Shown here: one piece after another, positions 47,531 to 60,964 of the stretch
How positions within the stretch are numbered: the first letter of the stretch is position 1
Layout: every line of letters begins with the position of its first letter
Assembly: GCF_006345805.1 (NCBI RefSeq)
Contig: NC_042997.1
Location: forward strand, 210,242,001-210,306,000
Direction of reading: 5' to 3'
Length of the DNA: 64,000 nucleotides
Origin: Octopus sinensis
Taxonomy: Eukaryota
Position numbers and translations under genes: made by a program
Notes under the pieces: generated by a model
The model's database searches: none
What the model saw: the letters and a program-made list of their open reading frames with translations, nothing else
What the model was told of the DNA's origin: nothing

Positions 47531-48315
47531 GAGGTAGACATAAAAAGAAGTAAGGTTCCGTGACTGATTAGCAGAAAGAAACGGTAAAGAGAAAAGAAAT
47601 TATGGTAGCAACAGAGAAGATGAAGGGAATAAACTGAGAGACAGTAGTAATTCAATAATTTAATTAATTAAAATACTTAAAATAATAATGGTTTCAAATT
47701 TTGACACAAGGCTAGAAATTTCGGGGGGGGGGGGAAGCTAATTGCATCGACCCCAATGCATAACTGGTACTTATTTTATCAACCCCACCACAAAGGCTGA
47801 AAGGTAAAGGTGACCTCGACAGCATTTGGACTATGCATTTTGCACAATGTGCTTAAGGATTCTGCCAGGTGGCCACCCCTTAGTAATTAAAATAATAAAA
47901 TGAGTCTAAATCTAGGTTCGTTAGCCTATCTGTCTAAATACTAAAAGTATGGTAGCAACAATACTTTAATTATTTCCTAAATAAAAACTTGCATCATAAA
48001 ATTAATGAAAATTTCCCAATGTAAATAAGATAAGTGACTCTCTGTACAGTCACATTTAACGGGAATGAGTCAGGTGACTCTCTGTACAATCACTGCTAAC
48101 TGGAGTGAGTCCACTGCTCTGCATGGTGACATTCAAGCTGGTGCGTTTAAGGTGGAAAAAGAATTTCATTATCAATAATTACAAGAATTTCTTTCTACAA
48201 AATATTGGAGCAAGAACTGAAGTGCCGTAAGTGAATGACTTTATGGTTGAGCCATGGTTGAGCCAGAGTGTAATGAGGAATTAATCAGGGTCCACTTCAC
48301 TCTCTTCACCTTCGT

Positions 48316-48477
48316 TTATGAAAGAATGTGTGGTATCAGCCGCACTTTTAATTCATAATTTGGGTGACATTCTATGATGCGACATTCCTTCAAAAGTTCC
48401 AGGTAATCAACTGAGAAACGGGAGTTGACTGTTATGTAGGTGTCGTGGGAGTGGTTCAAGCTGCGGTCGATGAGGGT
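48316..48477 (-). CDS. CENPK: CENP-K-like kinetochore protein, terminal coding exon
   Basis: tcttgatctttgcag|, phase 0. TLIDRSLNHSHDTYITVNSRFSVDYLELLKECRIIECHPNYELKVRLIPHILS* aligns by eye to recalled vertebrate CENP-K ILINRLFDVPHDPYVKISDSFWPPYVELLLRNGIALRHPEDPTRIRL. Confidence 0.82.
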   Translation of the reverse strand, partial: TLIDRSLNHSHDTYITVNSRFSVDYLELLKECRIIECHPNYELKVRLIPHILS

Positions 48478-48552
48478 CTGCAAAGATCAAGAAAAGGTCT
48501 CGGTCATTTCTACAGAATGAACTAACGAAAAATGGAACAATTTTATCAATTA

Positions 48553-49128
48553 CTAGCAGTATCGCCCGGCGTTGCTCGGGTTTGTAAGGGAAATAACTAT
48601 ATAAGCATTTTTAGAGAGTTATAGCCAAAAAATAGCAAAAAAAATGCATTAAAAATGGAAAAAAATGATGGTAAATTTTTTTTTTAATTGTTGACTCATC
48701 ATAGACATTTTTAGAGAGTTACTTCCCTTATATAATAGCGAAAAAATGCATTAAAATGGAAAAAAATTATGGTAAATTTTTTTTAAATCGTAGACATTTT
48801 TAGAGAGTTACTTCCCTTATATAATAGCGAAAAATATGCATTAAAATGGAAAAAATGATGGTAAATTCCTTTCAAAATCGTAGACATTTTTAGAGAGTTA
48901 CTTCCCTTATATAATAGCGAAAAATGCATTAAAATGGAAAAAAATTATGGTAAATTATTTTTAAAATCGTAGACTCATCGTAGACGTGCGCTAATACCCA
49001 AAAGGGCTCGATATGAATTACGACTATAAGATACCCGGTTTTGGTTAAACTGCACCGCAAAATGTGGGAGTAGTTAGGAATCTAAATCGTAGGAGACAGA
49101 CACACAACTTTACTTTTATATATAAAGA
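48553..49128 (-). mobile_element. non-autonomous Helitron, family 1, with a triplicated internal module
   Basis: CTAG plus hairpin at 48553, TC end at 49128, inserted at an A/T site. Confidence 0.9.
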
Positions 49129-51508
49129 TTTTGGTGAGAGAGAGGAAGAGAGAAACAGACAGACTGACAGACAGGAAGACAGTGCTTCTATGAAATATTG
49201 AAATATTTCTGGAAAGTTTTCCATTTTTAGCCATTCCTTTCTGGTTCTCATTTGTAGCCAGAGTGCAGTGTGTATATTAACTGGGTGAAATATAGGGTGT
49301 GTGTGTGTGTGTGTGTGTGTATATCAATAAATAAAACAAAGTGGACATGAAATGATAATGATTGCACAAAGTTATTTGTCATGTGGCATGTTACACTCTA
49401 TTATAGATATATATAAGTAGTAGTTGTGATACCTGTGCCAGTGGCACATAAAAAGCACCATCCGAACATGGCCGGTGGCACGTTAAAAGCTCCAACCGAT
49501 CGTGGCCGATGCCGAACCCCCTGGCACCTGTGCAGGTGGCACGTAAAAAGCACCCACTACACTCGCGGAGTGGTTGGCGTTAGGAAGGGCATCCAGCTGT
49601 AGAATCTCTGCCAGATCAGACTGGAGCCTGGTGCAGCCCCTGGAATCCCAGACCCCGGTCGAACCATCCAACCCGTGCTAGCGCGGAAAACGGACGTTAA
49701 ACGATGATGATGATGATGATGATGTGTGTGTGTAATGAATGGTAGTGTCCAGGTGTCGAAACCACAATGATATCCGTTTGGCAGCTAATGATGGGGATGC
49801 AAATATATTATGCTCGATTTTGAATTTCTTATCTCTTCTGAGTTATCTTTCTTCTAAAATGCAAAGTTTGTAGATTCATTGTTTATGGGGTTTACTTACT
49901 TTGGTACTATTTGGTTTTCTTCATGAGGTAACCTAATTAGGCTTAGACAATGTTTAGATATTGGCGTCTAGTTTTGGGAGGTTCTGTGTGTATGTGTGTG
50001 TGTGATGGCCACATGATTGGTAACATAATGGCTGTTTGCTAATTGTTCTGCTGTATTGTCAATGTATTTTTAGTTTTCTTGCTAAAGGGAAAGAGCCATG
50101 CTCAGTGTTTGCAGATGCCCCTTGGCTGGAGAGGTTGATGTGTTGGCTAATCATCTTAAATCTTCTGGAAGCTGACATGTGTGTGGTGAACAGAAAATAT
50201 GGGTAGGGTGGGTATTGGAAAAGAGTGACGCTCTGGGGACACAAAGATTGGAAAAAAAGAAAAGGTTGCATCAACTGGACAGCTGTATTTATTGGGTTCA
50301 AAAGTTCAAATAGAATTTATGGGTCTGGTGTTGTGTCATGAGAGAATATGATGGAGATGATAATTAGCAACATGAAATGGAAAATCTTCATCGGTACATA
50401 AATGACCATTGTCCACCTACACCAATTGTCCCCATCTTTCAAAAGTCTCTAGTACTGTCCCTCTATACCAAAAGGTACCAATATTTTCATTAATGAGAGC
50501 AGTGAGCTGGCAGAATCGTTAGTATGCCAGGCAAAATGCTTAACGGTATTTCATCTGTCTTTACGTTCTGAGTTCAAATTCCGCCAAGGTCGACTTTGCC
50601 TTTCATCCTTTTGGTGTCGATAAATTAAGTACCAGCTGCGCACTGGGGTCGATGTAAATTGACTTAATCCCTTTGTCTGTCTTTGTTTATCCCCTCCATG
50701 TTTAGACCCCAATGGGCAATAAAGAAAGAAATACCGTACTGCTTCTGGTGGACTCCCCAGTCATAAACAACAGAAGAGGATTCTGAATAACTTGCGCAGA
50801 TATTCTTTATTCTTTCACTTGTTTGACTGCGGCCATGCTGGAGCACCACATGTAGTTGAGAAAATTAACCCCAGGACTTACTCTTTGTAAACATGGTACT
50901 AATTCTATAGGAATCTTTGTGGAACCACTAAGTTATGGGGACGTATGCACACCAGCATCGGTTGTCAAGCGATGTTGGCGGGCAAACATATACATATAAT
51001 GATGGGCTTCTTTCAGTTTCTGTCAAGCAAATCCACTGACAAGGCTTTGGTCAGCCTGAGGCTATAGGAGAAGACACTTGCCCAAGGTGCCACCCAGTGG
51101 GATTGAACCCAGAACCATGTGGTTGGTAAGCAAGCTACTTGCCACACTTGTGTTTATGTTTTTAGTTTTTAGTGATTGAATATTTGTGTTGTACTTTAAC
51201 TCACTAACCCCCCCCCCACCTCCCACCCTCGGGCCATTAGTTTGACATTACCTGTGCAGGTGTACAGTGAGCCACAAGTCAAACGTCCAAGTGGTCATAG
51301 GGCAACGTAAAATGAAGTGTTTTCACTCGAGAACACAACACACTGCCTGGTCCTGGGATTGAAACCTCATTGTTGTGATTGTGAGTGCAACACCCTAACC
51401 ACTAAGTCACGCACCCACACTGACGTCCATTTGCAATGTCCAGTACTGACTCCCTACAGACCCCTGCAGGTTGTCCATCTGCTGCAGAATGACCAAGACT
51501 TGTCTTAC

Positions 51509-51559
51509 CATAATTATCTTCATTAGTGAGTATGGCTCTTTGTCCTTCGTTGTGGAAAA
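51509..51559 (-). CDS. CENPK: CENP-K-like exon
   Basis: ttctttgtgtcttttgcag| ... |gtaaga, phase 0 to 0. FSTTKDKEPYSLMKIIM. Confidence 0.78.
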
Positions 51560-51619
51560 CTGCAAAAGACACAAAGAATATATCATGTTTCATGCTGAGA
51601 CAAAAGATGGCAGGTTTAA

Positions 51620-51840
51620 CCCTTTAGCATTTAAACTGGCCATATCCGGCCAAAAGTATTCTGCCTGTTTTATGTTCAAACTGGCCAGATCTGGTCTCTC
51701 ACACCAACCCTACAACATCGTTTTAAAAATTAACAGCTACCTCATCAAAATCTCATAGCTACAAGATAATGCCTGATTATTTCAAAACAATGTGGATAAA
51801 AAAGGATTAATTTTGGTAGAATAATGCAAACACTAAAGGG
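51620..51840 (+). mobile_element. piggyBac-type MITE, family 2
   Basis: TTAA|CCCTTTAG ... CTAAAGGG|TTAA. A decayed inverted copy ends at about 43256. Confidence 0.8.
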
Positions 51841-51967
51841 TTAATAGAGGCACCAATTCTAAAGACTTGAAGAAAGCTAAGCCAATGTGAAAGCAGTTTT
51901 GTGGTCACTTAATCTTTTGAGCCTGTAGCACCGGTCTACCAGTGGATGGCTTATTTTTCTCTATACC

Positions 51968-52365
51968 TATTTCTTTACTACCCACAAGGGGATAAACACA
52001 GAGGAGACGGATTAAGTCGATTACATCGATCCCAGTGCGTAACTGGTACTTAATTTATCGACCCCGAAAGGATGAAAGGCAAAGTCAACCTCGGCGGAAT
52101 TTGAACTCAGAACGTAACGGCAGACAAATACCTATTTCTTTACAACCCACAAGGGGCTAAACACAGAGGAGACAAACAAGGACAGACAGATGGATTAAGT
52201 CAACCATATCGACCCCAGCGCGTAACTGGTACTTAATTTATTGACCCCGAAAGGATGAAAGGCAAAGTCGACCTTGGTGGAATTTGAACTCAGAACGTAA
52301 CGGCAGATGAAATACCGCTAAGCATTTCGTCCGGTGTGCTAACAATTCTGCCAGCTCGCTGCCCT
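51968..52365 (-). mobile_element. SINE family B with an internal tandem partial duplication
   Basis: A full copy plus a headless copy inside one 13-bp TSD, TTTTCTCTATACC (51955-51967 and 52370-52382). Confidence 0.8.
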
Positions 52366-52645
52366 TAAATTTTCTCTATACCGTAGCACCGTTCTACCGG
52401 TGGAGTGCATCAAGAAGCCAGGTATATGGTCAATTAAGGTCCAGCAGGTCAGGGCTCATAGGGTTAAGCAACTAGAAATAGTAGCCAAATATCCCTCAGA
52501 TCACATTCTAGAATCTTAACCCTTTTGTGCTGTGTTCCCTCCACGTGTAGTGGGAACAGCCTAAATGTAATCTCTACCAGATTCTCATTAAAGCAGTAAT
52601 GAACTGCACAAAGATAAAGAAGATAAAATATATCAAAAATAGACA

Positions 52646-53008
52646 AGGCGCAGGAGTGGCTGTGTGGTAAGTAGCTTGTTTACCAACCACATGGTTCCGG
52701 GTTCAGTCCCACTGCGTGGCACCTTGGGCAAGTGTCTTCTACTATAGCCTCGGGCCGACCAAAGCCTTGTGAGTGGATTTGGTAGACGGAAACTGAAAGA
52801 AGCCCGTCATATATATGTATATATGTGTTTGTGTGTCTGTTTGTCCCCCTAGCATTGCTTGACAACCAATGCTGGTCTGTTTATGTCCCCGTCACTTAGC
52901 GGTTCGGCAGAAGAGACCGATAGAATAAGTACTAGGCTTACAAAAGAATAAGTCCCGGGGTCGAGTTGCTCGATTAAAGGCAGTGCTCCAGCATGGCCGC
53001 AGTCAAAT
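52646..53008 (+). mobile_element. SINE family A, near full length
   Basis: GGCGCAGGAGTGGCTGTGTGGTAAG head through GCAGTCAAATG. Confidence 0.85.
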
Positions 53009-53259
53009 GTATCTCTGACTCATTGTTAATTGTCTGCCCCGACCACATATTTGTTGTTTGCATTTGGTTTTGATTGGAAGTAAAAAAAAAAAAAAGAAAG
53101 AAAAGGGGGGGGTTTGCAATGAAACGAGCTTGTAACGAACCCAGCACTTTTGTCTGGTAAACAAACAAGTGCCTAGACCAGTGGTTTCCGATCCTTTTGT
53201 TTAAATGAGTTTTCCCCACGGGCCTCTTTTGATATACTTATCCTTATGCATATATATAT

Positions 53260-54400
53260 GGGGTGCATAAGATATTTGGGGACAGATTTATAATAACAGA
53301 TTATAACTTTATCAAAAACTAAACCTTCTTTTCTGTAATGTTATTCAATAAAGCCACCTTCAGCTTCAACAACTGCTTCTATATGAGATCTAAATCATCC
53401 ACATACTTGAATCAAGTGGTCCCTGGTTTCATTTTGGACATTACTCTGACTATGCCAGCTTTCAAAGAATCTTTGGTGTTATGGGCGTGTTCATTGACCT
53501 CTTTCTCAACAACGCTCCGCATGTAATAGTCCAATGGATTGAGATCTGGGGAATTAGGAGGCCAAATGTTAGGGGTTGGGTGATCATGAAAATTTTCAGC
53601 CATCCATTCCTGTGTTACTAGAGCCATGTGTGAGAGTGCAGAGTCTTACTGAAACACATATGGCCTTCCATTGCATACACTGTCTATCCAGGGCTTAACA
53701 ATTATTTCCAGGACCTCAATGTAGGTGGCACTGAGTTAACTTTAAGGTTTTGTGGAAAGAAGTAAGGAGGGATCACATGTCCTCCATTACTGACAACCCC
53801 TAAAACCATGACAGTTGCAGGAAATTTTGTATGCATAACACTTGGAACTTCAGAAGGGTCTGCACATAACCATCTGTCATTTCTTCTGGTAACTTTTAAG
53901 ATCTTGATCGAGGTGTTTCTCGTTTGAGAAGAACCAAATCAAATCTTCTTCTCTGGATTTTTCAGTTTGTTTAAGAGCCTTTTAGATCTGATGTATTGAT
54001 TTTCTTTCGCTTTTTCTGATAAATTGACTTTTCCTCTTCATATAAGACTTATATCTGATGTCTTCACGGACAACCTCTCTGACTGTTCCTTTTAACACAT
54101 GGAGATCTTTTGCAACTAACCTCATGGACTTTCTGAGATTGTAATCAATGGTCTGTTGAACTTGTTGGATAAATTCAGGTGTTCTGATGATTTCAGAGCG
54201 TTTAGAATGCTTTTTATGCTTTGATACTGGTAATACGTTTCCATCTTCAGTCTCTAGTTCCTTACAAACTTTGAAGACAAAAGATTTGGCAACTTTTAAA
54301 ACTCGAGATATTTCTAAATTGCTATGCTCACCCTTTATAACCATAATAACAGCATGCCTTTTCATTTCTTAAGTAAGCTGAGGGTCTGCCCTTTTTCATT
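53260..54400 (-). mobile_element. decayed Tc1/mariner-superfamily transposon of maT (DD37D)-like type
   Basis: N-terminus KRHAVI...SNLEISRVLKVAKSFVFKV...RTPEF...RKSMR; C-terminus WPPNSPDLNPLDYY. Confidence 0.8.
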
Positions 54401-54682
54401 TTCCGAAACAAAGATTACACAGAGTTAGCACCAGTGAGGTCTGCTTTGGCATGTTTTTATGTTTCTACTCTCAACAATTTGTTTGCTTGCTTTGTGGGAA
54501 ATAAGAGATCCCTTACTTGAAAGAGGGAGGTGAGGGTTAGTGACAGCAAGAACATCCAGTCGTTCCAGCCAATATTAACACACTCTGCACTAATTAAAAC
54601 CGTTCAGGTTAACAAGTACTAATTAGCTAAAGTGGAATTGTAAACTGTGCAAAGTGAAAAGTAAGTCAGGCAAGAAACTTAC

Positions 54683-54730
54683 CAATGTCGATTGGTGCAC
54701 CTTAGGGAAATATTTGGAAACAAAGTTAAC
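54683..54730 (-). CDS. CENPK: CENP-K-like exon
   Basis: tttatttctgttttccag| ... |gtaagt, phase 0 to 0. VNFVSKYFPKVHQSTL, compare vertebrate GEFLEDHFPLP. Confidence 0.8.
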
Positions 54731-55302
54731 CTGGAAAACAGAAATAAAGAAAAACTATAGAAAAAAAAAAGAGGAACAGATTCTGCTTGAGTTTATCAAG
54801 GCTGTTCACCTGGCAACAGCCGATGCCAGGCCGCCTTGACTGGCTTCTGTGCCGTTGGCACATGACCTGCTGTGTTTGAGGGGACCTATTAAGTCAAGTA
54901 CATCAATATCAAATGGAAATTGTAGTTGTGATACCAGTGCCGGTAGCACGTAAAAAGCACCATCCGAAGTGGCCAATGCCAGTGCAACCTTGACTGGCTT
55001 CTGTGCCGGTGGCACGTAAAAAGCACCAACCAATCATGGCTGCTGCCAGCCTCCCCTGGCACATAAAAAGCACCCACTACATTCAAAGAGTGGTTGGCGT
55101 TGGGAAGGGTATCCAGCTGTAGAAACACTGCCAGATCAGACTGGAACCTGGTGCAGCCTCCTGGCTTCCCAGACCCCGGTCGAACCGTCCAACCCATGCT
55201 AGCATGGAAAACAGACGTTAAAAGATGATGATGATGATATGAGAGGAAACGTGGCTTGTCCCAAACTGGACAGAAACACCAACAAACTGACCAAACACTT
55301 AC

Positions 55303-55372
55303 CAGGCTTTTTGATAACCACAATCGTTCTTCTTTCATCATTTCAATCTGTTGTTTGATTTCCTGAACATAT
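55303..55372 (-). CDS. CENPK: CENP-K-like exon (coiled coil)
   Basis: cttattctacaatgacag| ... |gtaagt, phase 2 to 0. YVQEIKQQIEMMKEERLWLSKSL, compare IFNELKTKMLNIKEYKEKLLSTL. Confidence 0.8.
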
Positions 55373-55574
55373 CTGTCATTGTAGAATAAGAAAGGCAGAA
55401 AATTTGTAGAATCAAAGAGATTTTGGCAGGGTTTTGTGGCAGGGTGTGTTGTCTACATAACATTATTTGGCATACATGGGTTTTTAAAACAATATGGGAG
55501 TTAATAAAAATGAAAAAAAACAAAAACAATACCTTTCTCACTGAAGCCATCCTCTTTCTCCACAGTTAGTAAAT

Positions 55575-56024
55575 TCTTTTCTACTCTAGGCACAAAGCCC
55601 AAAATTTGGGGGGAAGGGACCAGTCGATTAGATCAACCCCAGTACATGACTGGTACTTAATTTATTGACCCCGAAAGGATAAAAGGCAAAGTTGACCTTG
55701 GTGGAATTTGAACTGAAAACGTTAAGACAGACGAAATACTGCTAAGCATTTCGCCCAACTTGCTAACATTTCTGCAAGCTCATCACCTTGGAGTTACCAA
55801 AATATTCTTTTCTACTCTAGGCACAAGGCCTGAAATTTTGGGGGAAGGGGGGAGGCAGTCGATTAGATTGACCCCAGTATGCAACTGGTACCTAATTTAT
55901 CGAACCTGAAAGGATGAAAGGCATAGTCGACCTTGGCGGAAATTGAACTCAGAATATAAAGACAGATGAAACATCGCTAAGCATTTAGTCCAGCGTGCTA
56001 ACGTTTCTGTCAGCTCGCCACCTT
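55575..56024 (-). mobile_element. two tandem SINE family B copies inside one 16-bp TSD
   Basis: TCCACAGTT(A/G)GTAAAT at 55559-55574 and 56025-56040. Confidence 0.75.
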
Positions 56025-56989
56025 TCCACAGTTGGTAAATCGTAGAAGCACTGATGTGTAGAAATGGTTGTGTGCTTAAGAAGTTCAGTACCACTGTGCA
56101 TCCCCTTGCACCAGTATCTTTCCTACAGCTGGCAGAATCGTTAGCACAATGGGTGAAATGTCTTAGCAGTATTTTGTTTGCCATTACGTTCTGAGTTCAA
56201 ATTCAGTCGAGGTCGGCTTTGCCTTTCATCTTTTCGGGGTTGATTAAATAAGTATCAGTTACGCACAGGAGTTGATGTAATCGACTTAATCCCTCTGTCT
56301 GTCTTTGTTTGTCCCCTCTATGTTTGGCCCCTTGTTAGCAATAACTCCAGTGCATAACTGATACTTATTTAATCAACCCCGAAAGGATGAAAGGCAAAGC
56401 CGACCTCGACTGAATTTGAACTCAGAACGTAACAGCAAACAAAATACCGCTAAGACATTTCACCCATTGTGCTAACGATTCTGCCAGCTCACTGCCCTAT
56501 TGTAGAAACCTTGCCAAATCAGATTGGAGCCTGGTGCAGCCTCCTGGCTTACCAGTCCCCAGTCAAACCGTCCAACCCATGGAAAACGGACATTAAGTCA
56601 TTGGAACCAATACCACGGGCTAACCAAGCCACAGCAGTGGATCTGGTAGGCAGAAAGTGAAAGGTGGCCCCTGTAGGTGTGTATCTATCTATGGACATGA
56701 CTGGCGCTCCGTCGGTTATGACGAGGAGGGTTCCAGTTGATCCGATCAACAGAACAGCCGGCTCATGAAACTAATGTGCGAGTGGCTGAGCGCTCCACAG
56801 ACACACGTATTCTTAATGTGGTTCTTAGGAAGATTCAAAGTGACACAGAATGTGACAAGGTCGACCCTTCGAAATACAGGTTCTACATATTCTTGCCAGC
56901 TGAATGGACTGGGAATTGAACCAACAACCTTATGATCACAAGCTAAATACCCCTAACCATTAAGCCACACACCTATCTACACACGCCAT

Positions 56990-57420
56990 CATTACCGTCA
57001 TCAGCACTTGACATTCTTATAGAGAACTCATTTCTGGACATCCGTCATTATTCGCTCCAAAAAAGGCTCATTTGCAAAACGTAACAGCAAAGAAGAGCAC
57101 ACATTCACCCTCTGCATGCGATTAGACTCAGAAAGTTTGTGAAGAACCCATGGACCCAATTTGCTGATTTTTCCGAAGACATACAGATATCAGATGAATG
57201 GTTGAATGACCAAATCCAAGCTTCTCTGCTATTTCTTCAACAGTTATGATTGTATTTTGTTCCACCATGGCTTGCAGGACATCCTCGTCGAGCTCTACAG
57301 ATCTTCCAGGACGAGGCTCGTCTTCTAGGCTGTAGTTTCTGGAACCACCGTTGACACTGGCTTACACTTATTGTCCAATCCCCATGTACTGCATTAATAT
57401 TCTTCACACATTCCATCGCA
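56990..57420 (-). mobile_element. decayed mariner transposase fragment, same family as 16995-17350
   Basis: Colinear nucleotide similarity to 17010-17350; extends to NEPFLERIM...WVLYKN. Confidence 0.8.
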
Positions 57421-59672
57421 TTGTTGCCTTTACTGAACTTCATCATCATCATCATCATCATCATTTAGCGTCTGCTTTCCATGCTAGCATGGGTTGGACG
57501 GTTCAACTGGGGTCTGTGAAGCCAGAAGGCTGCATCAGGCCCAGTCTGATCTGGCAATGTTTCTACGGCTGGATGCCCTTCCTAAAGCCAACCACTCCGT
57601 GAGTGTAGTGGGTGCTTTTTACGTGCCACCCGCACAGATGCCCACGCCTGGCCCCCGTGCCGGAGGCACGTAAAGAGCACCATCCATCCGTGGCCATTTG
57701 CCAGCCTCGCCTGGCCCCCGTGCCGGTGGCACATAAAAAGTACCATCCGTCTGTGGCCGTTTACCAGCTCCGTCTGGCACCTGTGCGGGTGGCACGTAAA
57801 AAGCACCAATAAAGCAAAACATGCTCCTTTGTTACTTCCATTATAGCTTTGAAAAAATCATCATCTTCATTTAACATCTGCTTTCCATACTAGCATGGGT
57901 TGGATGATTTGACTGATGGCTGGCAAACCGGATGGCTGCACCACGCTCCAACTTTGATCTGGCAGAGTTTCTACAGCTGGATGCCTTTCCTAATGCCAAC
58001 CACTCAGGGTGCAGTGAGTGCTATTACGTGCCACCGGCACGGGGGGCCAGTCAGGCGATACTGGCAACAACCTCGCTCAAATGTCTTTTCATGTGCCACC
58101 GGCATGGAAGCCAGTTAGCCGCTCTGGCAACGATCAAGCTCGGATGGTGCTCTTAGCACCCTACTAGTATGGGGCACAAGTGCCAGGAAGGCTAATAATT
58201 GTTAAAATTGAACTACACTTTTCAAAACTTGAACTAAGAATAAGCACAAGGTAAAATTACTACCTGCTTTTATAGCTAGTTGATGCAGGTAGTTTATCCT
58301 GTCCCCCTCCGACTTTCAGTTCATGCAATTGAAAAAAACTGCATTATTTATGGGATGACCCAATATAAATACAAGTTCTACTCTTTTCAGCTCCAGGAGG
58401 CGGATGAAGACAATTGAAAATGCTTTGAGAACTTTATTGTGGACAAAAGAAAGAAAATATAGCCAAACAATTATTCTGTGCTGATGAAGGGAAATAACCT
58501 GGAATTCGCAATACACAGATATTGTTTTGAGCTGAGTGGGGGGGGGGTGTGCTAGATTCCCTTGTTTGAAAATATAAGGACACAGATCGTGTCGTATAGC
58601 CAGCTGGAGATGATGTCTCCTGGGGCTAAATTATAGCAACATTCGTCCTAAACCAGGACTGTCGTGTTATGCTGGCAAACAATCTTTACTCCAAAGTACT
58701 GTTGCTGAATATCTCACATTGTGAGATTTAAAAATAGTAATTTTATAGACATTTTTATCAACCTATTCTACCACTTTCAATCATTTTATCAGATTATTTA
58801 GACATTCTGAAAGAGAAGGGAAAATAAATGGAAATGAATTAATCTTTCATGATATCACTTCTGAAGGTGCACATGCTTTCTTCCTTATATGTCAACTTCA
58901 AAACTGATATCATAAAAGATTAGGTTCCTTCCAAATGTGGTCCATGTCCCCAACCTGACCCTGACTGGTTCCTGTGCTGGTAGCAAGTAAAATGCACCAT
59001 CCAAACGTGACCGATGCCAGTGGTGTGTAACTGGCTCCTGCGCTGGTGGCACATAAAAAGCACTCACTACACTCTCGGAGTGGTTGGCATTAGGAAAGGC
59101 ATTCAGCTGGAGAAACATTTTATTTCTTTATTGCTAACAAGGGGCCAAACAAAGACAGACAGAGGGATTAAGTCGATTACATCAACTCCAGCATGTAACT
59201 GGTACTTATTTAATCAACCCCGAAAGGACGAAAGGCAAAGCCGACCTCGACTGAATTTGAACTCAGAACATAACGGCAAACAAAATACCACTAAGACATT
59301 TCACCCATTGTGCTAACGATTCTGCCAGCTCACTGCCCTATTGTAGAAACCTTGCCAAATCAGACTGGAGCCTGGTGTAGCCTCCTGGCTTACCAGTCCC
59401 CAGTCAAACCGTCCAACCCATGGAAAATGGACATTAAATGATTAAATTGTCTTTTTAAGTCGTTGGAACCAGTACCATATTCTAGCAGAATGGAAATTCT
59501 TTCATTTATCCATGAAAAGGTTCTCAAAACATTTCCTTCTTTTTACTATATATATATATATATATAATATATACATAAAGTTAATCCAAACAAGACAACA
59601 AAGACAACACGCAAGATGTGGAACAAATAAAGTTATTTTGGATGCTCAGGAAAGAGGGAAGACGGAGGTATG

Positions 59673-59699
59673 AACGTTTCGAGCGGAGCTCTTCGTCGG
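59673..59699 (-). ncRNA. minimal hammerhead-ribozyme-like motif (Penelope-type), non-canonical CCGACGA box
   Basis: Minus strand CCGACGA-A-GAGC-TCC-GCTC-GAAA-CG-TT with palindromic AACGTT as helix III. Confidence 0.5.
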
Positions 59700-59992
59700 A
59701 AACATAAGAGAAAGAAAGATCCCGAGGTGGGAGGACAGAGGGAAAAAAATGCATACACACACACACATATATATAGTGCCATCTAACTGGCACACTACAC
59801 TCTCGGAGTGGTTGGCATTAAGGAAGGGCATCCAGCTGTAGAAAGACTGCCAGATCAAGATTGGAGCCTGGTACGGCCTCCTGGCTTGCCAGTCCCCAGT
59901 CAAACTGCCCAACCCATGCCAGCACGGAAAATGAATGTTAAATGATGATGATGTGTAAGTGTGTATGTGTATATACATATATATATATATAC

Positions 59993-60092
59993 NNNNNNNN
60001 NNNNNNNNNNNNNNNNNNNNNNNNNNNNNNNNNNNNNNNNNNNNNNNNNNNNNNNNNNNNNNNNNNNNNNNNNNNNNNNNNNNNNNNNNNNN
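59993..60092. other. assembly gap (100 N)
   Basis: Run of N. Confidence 1.
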
Positions 60093-60249
60093 GCCGGGAA
60101 TCCATCGGGGCCAGTAGCTGAGATATATATATATTATATATACATTCATATATAACATACATATATATATATATATAAATATTCATATATAGATATACAA
60201 TAAATACACATACATATATAGATATACTTACATATAGACATATACATTC

Positions 60250-60284
<35 letters not shown>

Positions 60285-60333
60285 AATACATATTCATACG
60301 TATATAGATATACATACATACACATACATATAA

Positions 60334-60660
60334 ATGATGATGACAGTGATGATGATGATGATGCCGATGATGGTGATGGTGATGACGAAGATGATGACGA
60401 TGCTGACGATGATGAAGATGATGATGATGATGCCGATGATGATGATAATGATGGTCATAACGATGGTGATGACAGTGATGATGATGACGATGATGGTGAT
60501 GATGGTCATGACAACGATGGTGATGACTGTGATGATGATGAAGATGATGATGGTGATGATGATGATGAGATGATGATGGTGGTGATGATGGTGATGATTA
60601 TGATGATGATGATGTCAATGGTGATGTCGATGATGATGAAATCGAGAGCGATGACGATTA
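60334..60660. repeat. imperfect (GAT/GGT)n microsatellite
   Basis: About 110 trinucleotide units ending about 20 bp from the exon donor at 60680. Confidence 0.95.
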
Positions 60661-60680
60661 CAATGGCAGGATTTACTCAC

Positions 60681-60810
60681 TGTTGTAGCTGGTTGATGAG
60701 ATTGTTCTCCACCAAATCCATCAAGCACAGCAAGTTCTCCTGTTCCTTGACGGAGTTCCGCAGTTGTTGGACGACGTGTTTCCGGAGGAAGTCACTGTCA
60801 ACAGGCAAAC
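60681..60810 (-). CDS. CENPK: CENP-K-like exon
   Basis: ttgtgtgtttcag| ... |gtgagt, phase 1 to 2. GLPVDSDFLRKHVVQQLRNSVKEQENLLCLMDLVENNLINQLQ; the joined PEGLPVDSDFL resembles vertebrate PETIPLTEDVL. Confidence 0.82.
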
Positions 60811-60964
60811 CTGAAACACACAAGCACAAAAGAAAAAAAAGGGCCTCCAGCCTTACAGGTTCCTTTTTTGAAACAATAACGATGACAGCAAGGACCCACC
60901 AAGCACTTACATCACTAAATAAAATAACAACCCAACACCACAAAAGACAAGCATTTGTAACAAC

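Noticed and set aside
58794-58806. Strong minus-strand acceptor giving an alternative terminal exon (Q)MSK*
   Set aside because: Downstream exons with clear CENP-K similarity explain the gene better; it could only be a minor isoform.
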